Assembly: GCA_949358305.1 (NCBI GenBank)
Contig: OX442314.1
Location: 33,170,001-33,234,000, forward strand
DNA length: 64,000 nucleotides
Origin: Strigamia acuminata
Lineage: Eukaryota
Direction: 5' to 3'
The notes beneath the pieces were generated by a model. That model was not told where the DNA came from. It made no database searches and was given only the letters and a program-made list of their open reading frames with translations. Positions within the stretch are counted from its first letter, which is position 1; every line of letters starts with the position of its first letter. A program made the position numbers and the translations under genes. This document shows positions 35,887 through 47,881 of the stretch, one piece after another.

Positions 35887-38800
35887 GTGGCTAATGCTAC
35901 GTCGGAATCTTTATTTATGGATGTAGACACAACTTGTCTTGAAGTAGCCACTAGTCATAGTGGCGGAGTAGAGGAAAATCTGCAAGAAATGACAGAACAA
36001 TTAAAAAATCTGACATTGTTTCCCCACAAGTGTTACACGAAGAAATTCTGTAGACTTCGCCGACTCAACAGAGTCATAGGCGGCAATAATTTGCACAATA
36101 TTACTTTAGGTAATAATAAAGATGATCCTCGAATGAAGATCACAATTGGTGGGCTCACCTACAACGCGCTCATGGATACAGGAGCATCTCAATGTTACAT
36201 CGGGGAACAACTCTTGTCTGAAACTCAGGCTTTGCCAGAATTCTTACAAGAGGCTCCCAGAAACATGATGGTGAACGCTGTAGGCGTAGCACACAAGCCT
36301 GTCGGACAAATAACTTTGTGCGTGCAATGGGCTGATGAATTTACACCAATGAATTTCATCGTTTTAGCAAAACGAGTTTGTGGCTTGATACTTGGTCACA
36401 ATTTCATGCGCAGACAGAAAATTAGTCCGCATCCACATTTACAAGAGTTCTCTTGTGCAGATAAACCCAATTGGTCCGCCCCTTATGAGTCGGAAGAAGC
36501 CAATTTGGCCCTCGCCCCGTTAAATCGAATTACTTTCGATTATTTAGGACTGTCGTCCACTCTCAACTCAATTGAGTTAACAGACACTCCTGTGTTGACT
36601 TGGGATGAAAAATTAGTTGAGGAGAGCGACTGCACTCCAGAACAACGACTAGCACTTCGCGAAGTGGTTAACTCGATACCGAATGTATTTCGTGATCAAG
36701 TTGGGTGCACTAACGTGACCCAACATCGTATTAAGTTCAAAGAAGGGCATTCATTGCCCAAAATGCAGTATAGAATGTATAACCCGGCCAAGAGAGCCAT
36801 TATGACCAAACTAGCTGCAGAATTGGAACAGGATGGACTCATTGAAAAGGCCAAAGGGCCCTTCATAAGTCATCCCGTCATTGTTGCGAAGCCTGACGGC
36901 TCGTATAGGATGTGCATTGACTACCGGTGGCTAAATGCCATCACTGAAGTCGAAGTAATACAAATGCCAAGTATTGACCTTTTGTTGCATAATACTGGTC
37001 CGGCAAAGTATTTTACGTCTATTGACCTTGTTAAAGGTTACTACCAAGTCGAAATGTGTGAGGAAGATCGTCCAAAAACGGCGTTTTACACGCCAAACGG
37101 CCCTTATCAATTTGTGCGAATGCCGTTCGGCTTTTGCAATGCGCCTTGTACTTTCCAACGTCTGATGGAAGGCATTTTAGGCTCAGCTTTGCAAGACTAC
37201 GCGTTAGTTTATTTGGATGACGTAATTGTGTATTCAGATAATTGGGATGATCATCTCAAACATGTTCGAGATGTTTTGGAAAGGCTTAACCAAGCCAACA
37301 TGACAATAAATAAAGCGAAATCTCGTTTTGGGCGTACAGAATTAAAGTTCTTGGGCCACTGGATTAAACCCGAAGGTCTCTTCGGTGATCCCGATAAAAT
37401 ATCGGCGATCATGAAATTTCCCACCCCCACGTGTGCTAAATGTTGGTGTGCAATGCACTATTTGCTATAATATGGGTTATGATATTATTGTCCATTTATA
37501 TCTTCAGATATTTGACTATCTAATTATTATATCTCGATGTATTCTTTCATTTAGTCACGTTTTGCGGGGTTTTATTATCTAGTTGTGCCTTTGGCATAAT
37601 GCACTTGCTTATTTATTGTTTAGCATTGAGCACAATGCATCCTTTATCATATTTGATACTAGTAATGTGTTATTCCGCCACTAGTTGGCGTACACTTGTT
37701 TACTTGTTTTTTCCAACATGGCGACACACGGTCGCAATTGTATTTCTCATCCAGAGATGGATTCAATGTGTAAGTTATGATTTCCCAAGTAAACTTTTAT
37801 ATTATTTTAAGTATTTAGTCTCTTTGCACGCCTACTATAAGTGCAAACAGTTGTCACGGCGTTTTCTATCGCCGTATTTGTGCGCGTCGTGCAGACGTCG
37901 CCGCCAGTTACGGTAACGCGCGCCCGGGTCGGTCGCCGCCATTACCGTTTCGTGTCTCGTCGTTTTGCCTTTGCCTGCACGATAATTCGTGCCAGTTTTT
38001 CGTCCTCTGCTACACTAAAGACATTCAGCGCTTTCACGGCATGACTAACTTCTTCAGGAAGTTTGTTCCAAATCACGGAACTATTGCCGCACCATACACA
38101 CGTATGATGAATGAGAAAACTCCATTTGAATGGGGAGATGAGCAGACAGAAGCTTTTAATAAAATTAAAGAGCTACTTTGTGGTGACAACTGTCTACACA
38201 AACCAGACATGACTCGGCCATTTGTTGTCATGACTGACGCTTCTCATGAAGGCTTAGGTGCTGTCCTTTGCCAAGATGTCGATATATTCGACGAAAAGAA
38301 ACAGAAAAACATTTCTGTACCCAGACCTGTAGCTTATGCAAGCAGAGTTTTACGTGGAGCGGAGAAGCGTTATACAACGCCGGAACTCGAATGTCTCGCA
38401 GTCGTGTGAGCTATTGATCGATTTAAACCATATCTCGAATATGGCACATTCACTTTAGAGTCAGATGCAGAAGCACTGAAATGGTTGATGCGAACGCCTG
38501 AACCATCTGGGAAATTTGGCCGATGGGCTTTAAGAATCCAATGTGGAAATTTTAAAATTGTTTTTCGAAAAGGTGCTGCTAACCAAGTTGCAGATGCACT
38601 TTCTAGAGCCCAGAGGAAGACATTCCTCTTCGTGATCATGTGGAACCTGTTGAAATTAAACAATACTGGCCTGAGTGGGACGGAAATCCTTCTGTTTCAT
38701 TAAATCGTGCCCCGGAGAAACGAGAATATTTGGCTAGTGTGCGTTCCTATTTTTCAGAAAATTCTAAAGAATGTTCTGAAGAAAAGGAGGGGGAGGAAGT

Positions 38801-40619
38801 ACAAGAAACCTTGTACAGTGCGTTGACCGAAGTACTTAAAGAAGTCCCTCCTACAAGGAGAGAAATAATAGATGCTCAGTTACTAGATACTGAATGCAAA
38901 CGCATTCGGGAATACTTATTGAATGACAAGGTTGTTGGGATACCACAATCTGAAATAAAAGAATGGAAAAACAAAGTCAAAAACTATTGTTTGGACAAAA
39001 AAGAAGTTGATGGTGATCAAATGATCATCTATTTTAACCCTTCGTTCGAAGAGGAATTAAACGATTCAAGAAATGGCTTTAAAGCCGTTGTACCCAGTTC
39101 ACTCGTAAAACGAGTACTCTTCGCTTGTCATGGCCACCCCCTAAGCGGTCACGCTGGGATGAGTAAGACGCTTGAGAAAACGCGTTTAATATATTTCTGG
39201 CCTGGTATGAGTAGAAGTGTCAGGAACTACGTCAAAAGCTGCACGCACTGTGCTCAGTACAAGCCTATTCAACAGAAAAGGCACGCAGCTCCTTACACAC
39301 CACACAACATGACCAATCCTTGGGAATGTATTAACATGGACTTGATGGGCCCGAAACCCGCGGGAAGGTCCCAAAATCAGTATATCTTTGTCATTATTGA
39401 CAATTGTACCAAGTTCGTTGAAATTAAGGCTTTGACAAAAGCCACGAGCGCTAACTGCGTTCAAGAATTAAGATCTGTTACAAACAGATGGGGACACCCC
39501 AAAAAGATTGTGAGCGATAACGGAAAACAATTTGTTTCCGATATTTACAATGAGTATTGCGAAATGTACAACATTCGCCCGTCCCATACAAGCACGTATC
39601 ATGCCCAGGCGAACCCGACAGAGCGAGCCAATAGAGATATAAAAACCATGCTGGCTTTGTACACAGATGTGCACACGCAATGGCCACGTTATTTAGACGA
39701 ATTCGCGTTCGCGATGAGAAATAATATCTCAGCGGCAACGGGCTCAAGCCCGATGCTGCTGAACACGGGACGAATCGTAACATTACCTTTCGACCCAAGG
39801 ATTATTAAACATGCCAATCCATTTGACAAAGAAAATCCAGAAAAATATGTCAGAGTACTATTAGATATATTACGCAGATCGCATCAAGAGATGCATCGCA
39901 GAATTCAATTGAATTTTGAACGACATAGAAAAATACACGAACAAAAGTTCGTAATTACGGAGTTCGAAGTTGGAGATTTAGTTTGGAAACAGACTCACAT
40001 TCTCTCGTGCGCAGATAAAAATATCTCCGCTGGATTTGCCGAGAAGAGAGATGGACCGTGGGAAATTACTAAAGTACTTCCTGGCGGAGCGTATAAATTA
40101 CGCAAATTAGCTGATGGTTCGATTGAAAAATCAGTAAATATTAAAGCGTTGTATCCCTATACTCCGTCGTACCCGATTGAGACTTGGAAAATAGGACAAA
40201 AGTCCGCCTCTTACTCGCCTCAAGAAAATCCTAAATGGATGGACGAAAGTAATCAACTTCCGGATGCTGAGGAAATGGAATTAATTCCTGAAACTTCCTC
40301 AGAAATTCCAATGGAATTATCTGACTCAACTTCAGTGCAGATTGACAAATCTGCGCCCACAAAGTCTAAACATAGACATAGACAACGCTTAACTGCTATG
40401 GAAAGGAAAGCGGCGTTAAAAAGAGGCGAAGTTCCAAAGAAACCGCCTCGAAAACCCCGCAAACCCCAACCGATAGTTCCACGAACTAGCACTCGTCCAC
40501 GACGAGAACGAAAACCAAACCCTAAATATGCAGATGAAAATTTCGTGCGAAACATCACTGCAGTATTTAAAAAACCATACCAACAACGAGGAAAAGCCTC
40601 AAAGTTCTGTTGGAATTGA
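35887..40619 (+). pseudogene. pol: Gypsy B pol, interrupted by a solo LTR, a TGA at 38407 and a frameshift near 38610
   Basis: Fragments are near-identical to Pol of copy A. Confidence 0.95.
37441..38014 (+). mobile_element. Solo LTR (574 bp), probably from a second Copia family
   Basis: TGTTG..CTACA termini like the nested Copia, 5-bp TSD CTAAA (37436-37440 and 38015-38019), absent from copy A. Confidence 0.85.
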
Positions 40620-41677
40620 TAAGTTTTATTCAAAACTTGAAGACTGTAATTATTTACATGTCTGACAGGTGTAGTGATTTATAATCTCAACACCGGGGGA
40701 CAAGATATTACGATATTTATGGAAATTTATATTAAAAATATGAATTTGTTGCGATGAATTAAATATTCGGTAGAATATTTTAATTTTTTGGTCGTATTTA
40801 CATGTATTTTAACCAAAATACAGAGAATTACTTTGAAAAGTGATAATCTCGCGTAATTACGAAGGTACGAGACTTACGAGGTGTGATTAAACCTCGAACC
40901 CGACAATTAATAGGGAATAAAATTCCCAGGGTTCATTGCACAAAAACACTTCGTTAAACACACGGATACTAGTGACTTCGTCCCTTCAACCCGTCTTCGC
41001 GTTTCTACTCAGAGATTTCAACGCTAATTCAGTTAGCCGATTCAAGCAAGGAAAACAAGCTTCAACAGTAAGTAGTTTTCGAAATTATTCTGACCAAAGA
41101 ATTCCAAAAAATTGTTCGCAACAATTAAAAAATATCGGCGTCCCGATATAAAAAAAATTAGAAGTTCACGTGTTGTTATAAGCGTGAATCGGCATTAAAT
41201 CACTCTGGAAGTTTAGCTATTCAGTCGAATAGTTGGGTTAAATATTAATAATGAATTATTAAGATTTAAGTACGTAGGCACTAATTATTTAAATCAAGTC
41301 GCGGTCGAGGCTTGTATAAATTATTTGGCGATGAATTTTCGATGTAAGATATTTATTAGACTAAGTGTTAATTAATTAATACGAAAGTTATTTTTGATAC
41401 TCGAAAGTTGGATTAAATAGTTTAAAGAAACTAAAAGAATTTTTCTTTTGAAAAATCAACAAGTTGCGATTTTTCGATGAAAATCTTTGCCGGCGAGTCC
41501 ATTCTCGTGTCATAAACACAAGGGGAATGTGACTCATTAGTGTCACGTGTTAAGGGTTATAAATAACTCGAGTTGTGTATTTTCGTTGCGAACAATACGT
41601 TTTAAATTCTTTGGACTCAAGGAATGACTATTTAGAGTGGAATTATTTTTAATAAAATAATTTATTTGCGTCTGCAG

Positions 41678-43195
41678 ATGGGAAGTGGTAAACACCGTTC
41701 AAAACGGAGTCATCGACGTCACCGTCATGAAAGCTCCAGCTCGTCCACCTCGTCTAGTGACGAGCAACGCCGTTCAGCGGAACGTGCTTACATGAGGGCC
41801 CAACCGATACCGACGGCGCCCGCCTCGATGTACGCCCTGACGCCGCTGCAACTCGCAACGCTTAATTGGCTGAGCGTCCATCCGGACGGACTTCCGCTGG
41901 ATTTGAATTCGATGATGCAGGCCCCGTCCACTTCTGCGCAGCCAACTGTTTATGAGTCGGCGCAATTGGCCCCGTTGGCCCAGGTAGCATATCCGCCTGT
42001 AAACGTTATCAACGTCCCGTTGGCCCCGCATTCGCCAGAATTTCGGCCGCCAACTGCAAGCGTGGCGCCTACCGTCGCCAACACGTCGAATGCAGCTGCA
42101 CCGACTGTGGCAGGACAATCAACGTCTGTTGCACATCTTCCTGCCGGTGCTGAATCTTCGGCATCCGAATATGGATGGAACGAGCCGCCACCGGGCGCCC
42201 TGCGTTTTTCGGAGCCTGTTTCTCGCAACCGCGAGTACCGAGCCGCCAATAAGGCAAGAAAAAAAGACGAGAAGGCCCGCCTGCGCAAAGAACAGTGAGA
42301 GCGTGACATGGCAGCCGGAATACCTCACGATAACATCGTGACGGACCAGGCAACAGAGACGATCTGCCCATTTTGCGTCGGCTGTGGGTGGTGCTGCGGT
42401 GCATCCGCAGGTTCTTCTCTAATGCGTTGTCCAAACTGCCGTGGAAGGAAAACGCGACCGCGTTCGGAGCCGTGGCGCAAGGAGGTTCAGCCCCACGTGG
42501 TGAAAGGCATTAAGCCTAACGAGAAGCGATGTTGGGCTCACTGCCCCAAGTGCCGATTGTTTCTAAACAGCCGCGGCGAGGCTGTGTACATCGACCCGCG
42601 CTTCCTCACCTGGACCCGTGCTGAAGCCAACGCCGGCGTAAGAGTCGAACTCCTTCGACAATCACCGCCGCCGTCCGAGGACTCTGAAGTTTCTACTGAA
42701 ACTGTCCAGGCCGCCGACAGCGTTGGAAGCGAGGTCGTAGAAGAAATCGTTCAACCGAGAACGATGTCGCGTGGACGAGGCTGTCTGACGCTCGACCGAG
42801 CGAGAGAAATTGCCAAAGTTCAACGAACCAACATCTTGGCACGAGGGCGAGCTCGTAAGCTTCAACAGGCTGTAGAAGCGTCGTCTAAACCCGTGGAGGA
42901 TCCTCCAGCGGCAGTAACCGACGTGTCTAGCGCCCCTCCAGCGTCTAAGTCTGAGACTTCGGACGACGCTCAGTTTGAGGACGCCGAAGAGCTACTTTCT
43001 GTCATTGATTTCGTGGCGGAGTTGCTCAAGGATCTGCCGTTCCCACCTCCGAGCCCAGAGGAAATTGAAGCGCCGGAGGAAGCTGTGTTTTCCGCCGTCT
43101 CGACAGAGGCGACTGAAGAGTCTGATTTCCTGACTTCTGCTGAAGTCGAGAAACCAGAAGTGAAGGATCCGACTGAAGTCGAGAAGAAGGAATGA
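41678..43195 (+). pseudogene. Gypsy B ORF3 with a single premature TGA (42296-42298)
   Basis: Same length (1518 nt) and collinear with ORF3 of copy A; TGC>TGA change. Confidence 0.9.
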
Positions 43196-43775
43196 AAGGG
43201 ACAAAATTAACATTCGTTATTTTTTCCGAGTGGAGATTTTTATGACTAAAAATGTTCCAAGTGTTTGTTGTGTGGTTTTTTGCAATTACGAAATATTCCC
43301 ACGAGTATTGTGTTTGTTTGTTTCAAGATCTTGAACTAATCATTAAAATACTCGAACGAGTATAGTTTAATTTAAAAATTGGATTCAATTTAATTTGTTT
43401 TGTTTTCGAATTCAATTTGAGTGTTTATTGAACTAATCATATTAATATATGTTTGTTTGATTTATTTGCGAATTTCATAATTATTTGTGGAAATTGTGTT
43501 TGTTTTGCTTTGTTCAAAGTGTTGAAGAATTTCAAGTTGAAATTCAATAATTTTTATGACAATCGTAATAAAAATTAGTAGTTTAGATTTTCGATAAATA
43601 AAATTTTGCATAAGTTTATTTTTTATTGATTATCTTGTTGATTAATAAACTAGGAAAGAAGTTTATTTGATGGAGAAAATAAAATTTCTATCGAAATTAG
43701 TTTTCTCGAACATGTGTTCATGTTCGGACGAGTTCATTTCCGTCGCTTAGCAACCGGGAGTTGCGTTGTACAGGG

Positions 43776-45950
43776 GGGGTTTCTTCATTTCGTCGCCCTT
43801 CATTTCGTCGCCACGTCATTTCGTCGCCCTTTTTGGCGACGAAATGACGCTCAAAATGGAAAAAGGGCGACGAAATGAAGGGCGACGAAATGATACGGTT
43901 GAACATCCGAAAAAAGCCAAAGCAAACAGAAAGGCGACGAAATGACACGGCGACGAAATGAAGAGCGACGAAATGATACAGTTGATTACAAAACCAAATG
44001 ATAGGATTAAAGAACGCAATTATTTATTATAAGTTTATGAAAATTTGTAAATGTGAGCAATGCCAAGAATGAATTCTAATGGAGTCATGGTAAGCCTATC
44101 TGCCACCAGAGACTTTAGTTTGGCCTCTAAAATTTCCAGGTCTTTTTTCTTCTTTGGTCGTGGAATTCTACGTCTTACCTTTTCAATGGCGATCTCCGTA
44201 TCAGCCTGCTCTCGCTGAAGCACAACAAACATTCGGAATAAACCAATGTGTCTGACTCCAATTAGCAGGTTAAATCTAAAATGCCAAGATTCAACAGGAT
44301 TCGTTGTACGCGGTTGATTCTGTCTACAAACCACATATGAACTCCACAACGTGGGTGGGAAAAGGGGTGCAGACCGTAATCCATTTTGCTTGATCTTACC
44401 GAAAATGTAATTTTCTTCCCACCACTGTAACAGTTCTCTGGTTCCTTGACCAAACTGGGGTTTCAATTCTCGGTACGTCTGCTTAATCTTATTAGCAGGT
44501 AGAAATGAGAGTGCCGAAAGCTGTCTGCATGCGAGGTTGAACTGTAAGTCCTTTCGGTATCTGCGCATAAGCCCCTCATGCTGCAGATGTGCGATTATAG
44601 TGTGGGCTAAATGAAAGTAACAGGCATGTAATGTGGTATTCGGAAACGTTTCCTTAGCCGCATTGAGAACTGCTACTTCGAAGTCACTAATGAAGAATTT
44701 GGGATCCAGGTCTGTCCCAAACAATTCATCAATTAAACTACTAACCTTTCGAAACATCAGCAAGTAAGCTTCTTTGGTTTTTCTCTCCATCAAGCAGAAT
44801 ACCAGCGGTAATATTCGCTTAAATGGGTCTAATGTCCCAACTTCGGCATGTAGGGTGTACAGCTGCATAAACCGCTCGGGCACACACTTAAACGTCCCAT
44901 CGCCGAGAATGCTTTTCGCCTTACTAAGATAACGCAAATTCTCCTCTGTCGTAAACATGATCATCCTGCAACCGGAATCTGTGCGAAGGATGTGCATAAA
45001 GCGGTGGCCGTTCAACGTTTCAGAAAACGGTTCGATCATTTCCCAAGTCAAATTATTCAAGAACTTCGGTTCCTTAGGTAATTCGGTACGTCGCGATCGC
45101 TGCAAGGCTTGACTTAGCGCACTGTTAGTAGGAAGAGCTAACCGTGCTTCAGCGTCTGATCCAGCTACTGTGGATTGGATTACAACCGAGGGTATCTCGT
45201 TCGTTTGCAAGGCACGTGTTTTTATCGCATGTCTGATTCGAATTACTTCGGCGCGCGTGTCATCTTCCAAATGGCAATGAGGAGTCGGTTCTTCAAGCTT
45301 TTCCGGTTCTGTCAGACTGTTATTCGTCTTCATTCGACCACTACACTTTTTGTACCACTTTTCACATTTCCAGTAAATGCGATCACGACCAGGATTGCGT
45401 TTTTCAATTACGTAGGCGTATCCATCATAGCAGAGTTTTGGTTTGTTTCGATTCGTCTTTCCCATAACGATTTCCATAACGATGAGAGGATAAGACGATT
45501 TGAAGCGGATGAAGCGGATGAAACGATTCGAAGTTGCGAATGAAAAGAGTCGAAGCTGCGGATGAAACGCCAGATGATGAGACGACACAATCATCTTGAT
45601 TTGCTGGTTATATAGTTCACAATCCAAAACGTAACAATGACGTTTTGGCCCGTTTTGGGATTTGAATTGTCACAACTCGTGACGTAAATTGTACGTAACC
45701 GCCAAAACAAAACTGTACTGAAACTCCTCGCTGTTTGCAACAGAAATGCCACAACAATGACATGGCGACGAAATGATATGGCGACGAAATTATATGGCGA
45801 CGAAATAACACGGCGACGAAATGATATGGCGACGAAATGAGATGTTGAAGGAATGAAGGCGACGAAATGAAAAAAAAATTTCCAACATTGCATTTAACAA
45901 AAAAAAATACGAGGGCGACGAAATGAATGGCGACGAAATGAATGGACTTC
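43776..45950 (-). mobile_element. Mutator-like (MULE) DNA transposon nested in the Gypsy B 3' UTR
   Basis: 8-bp TSD GTACAGGG (43768-43775 and 45951-45958), imperfect TIRs, many GGCGACGAAATGA subterminal repeats, absent from copy A. Confidence 0.92.
44035..45477 (-). CDS. FLYWCH-MULE transposase (~480 aa from the first ATG)
   Basis: LCYDGYAY..YWKC..C..H.H FLYWCH finger; ILGDGTF, ISDFE, CYFH and RTTNPVESWH catalytic motifs; frame intact. Confidence 0.93.
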   Translation of the reverse strand: MEIVMGKTNRNKPKLCYDGYAYVIEKRNPGRDRIYWKCEKWYKKCSGRMKTNNSLTEPEKLEEPTPHCHLEDDTRAEVIRIRHAIKTRALQTNEIPSVVIQSTVAGSDAEARLALPTNSALSQALQRSRRTELPKEPKFLNNLTWEMIEPFSETLNGHRFMHILRTDSGCRMIMFTTEENLRYLSKAKSILGDGTFKCVPERFMQLYTLHAEVGTLDPFKRILPLVFCLMERKTKEAYLLMFRKVSSLIDELFGTDLDPKFFISDFEVAVLNAAKETFPNTTLHACYFHLAHTIIAHLQHEGLMRRYRKDLQFNLACRQLSALSFLPANKIKQTYRELKPQFGQGTRELLQWWEENYIFGKIKQNGLRSAPLFPPTLWSSYVVCRQNQPRTTNPVESWHFRFNLLIGVRHIGLFRMFVVLQREQADTEIAIEKVRRRIPRPKKKKDLEILEAKLKSLVADRLTMTPLEFILGIAHIYKFS

Positions 45951-46127
45951 GTACAGGGAAGCCGATTAGTCTAATCGGGTGATGAAGTTTCTGAAAGAAA
46001 TAACATGATTAAGTTTAATAAAATACTTACCAAGTGGATTAATTCGATAGAATTAGGTGAACATTTCTTATACATTAAGAATGACAATTGAAGAGTTGGT
46101 AAACTCTATGCTTGTCACCGGGGGATG

Positions 46128-47881
46128 TGTGATGATTACAAATCCGTATTTATCAATGTTCACAATAGATGGCGCTGTTTATCAAACGCGCGTAATTCAA
46201 ACTCGATAAAACTAAAAAGTGTGATAAATAATTATTTAGACACGATGAATAAAATATAACTATTTTATTCGATATAAACTAAGTATTATTTACTTGACAA
46301 TGTTGATTCTATCGAATCAATATCCACATTACTTACCTGTCAAAGGGAACCAATCGGACCCTTCCGGACCCCAACTGGGCCCATCTGGACATAGTCATAT
46401 ATTAGGTCCGGACTAGTGACCCACGAATCCGCCGATTCGTACGCTGATTGGCTGTCGCCAATCTAGTAGTTCTACAGAACTATATAAGCATCAGTTTCTC
46501 ACCCACTAACCCCCCTGGCTTGATAACTGAACTTGTATATTGTCTGTAGTTGAATTGTTATCGTTTGATTTCATTATTCTCTATCGACACATCAGGCCAC
46601 CTCAGCTCTCCACAGTTAGTATTCATTACTATTTGTTATTGCTGTTGTAGGGCTATTTCGGGAAGGCTAACTCCGGTAATAGACATGCATTCGCATGAAA
46701 TGGCCCCGTAACGTTAGCCAGCTGTTCTACGGGACAGTAGGACTTCGTACGGTGGCTTAATATAACGGTCGTATACAGTACGACCTTGCTAAATGAAAGT
46801 AGGTCCCTCAGCTAACTGGCCTCAGTCCGCTGCAGGATGGCTGTTGTAAACAGCCCACGCAGGTTCCCGTCTTTCTACGATTGGTCCTTCCGCTCGTTAA
46901 AAGTCGGTAAAGGCCTAATGCACAGGTAACACGCCGGGTTGGTAGCCCGTGAGTAATATCTTCAGATGTTGCGATAAATAACTACTTGGATAATGGTAAT
47001 CCAACGGCAGTGGCCGATTAATATTTTACCCGGTGCTCGATCATTGGATCCCGCCATCGTAAGGCATGCTGGCGGATGGAGGAGTCAAATCCTCCCGCGA
47101 TGGTTCTCTCGACCGTCGTGACGGTCCCCGCCCCATCGTACCCTCCGGGTTAGTAACCCGTGAACAGGAGTTGAACAACACTGTGTTAAACAAATTACTC
47201 GGGCATTGGTAATCCTGTATTGGCAATATCTTTTAAACCCGGTAAGTCCATAGAAATGTTTACCTGGTGGTTGGTACCACCGATAGCGAACTAAAGCGTA
47301 CAATTAAATACTCGGCGCCTGATCACGAGATCTTGTCGTCGTAAGGCATGCTGGCGGATGGAGTCTCAACAACTCCCGCGACGTTCTCTCAATTGTCGTG
47401 ACGGTCCCCGCCCAATTAATATTTATATAACAATTCATTTGTTATATTCATTTAATCACTTTACTTTTTGTTCATTTGAATTATGGAATATTCTGCCGAA
47501 TATTCCTGTTTATGCAAAGGACGCTTCGCATATTTAGATAATCGATGCTGCGGACCAAATACGTCTCCGTAGTGATATTTGTGACGATGCCGCAAGTCAG
47601 CCGTATCCCTCTGGCTTCGCCCGGATCCTCAACCAGTTGATGCCGCCCGTTTACACGCGTCAAGAACCCATCTTTGTTATTGTTATTATTCAGTAATAAA
47701 TATGTTATGTCACACTAAAAACTGTAAGTTATTTCTGCTCAGTCATGAATTCTTATTTTTACACAGACTTCTGTAAGCTTATCTCGGTTAGGTTGTTGCT
47801 ACTCCTAGCAACGTCTTGTTTAAACCGATTATTTATCTATCTTAAATGGCTATTAAGTCAGCCAAAAGTAGAATCGTCACA
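46128..47881 (+). repeat. 3' LTR of Gypsy B (1754 bp)
   Basis: Follows the PPT GGGGGATG; direct repeat of 23900-25653. Confidence 0.97.

Larger units (their letters stand above)
23900..47881 (+). mobile_element. Ty3/Gypsy LTR retrotransposon copy B, disabled, with three nested insertions
   Basis: LTRs at 23900-25653 and 46128-47881, AATT TSD inside a satellite unit, PBS 25656-25673, PPT 46120-46127. Collinear with copy A. Confidence 0.97.
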
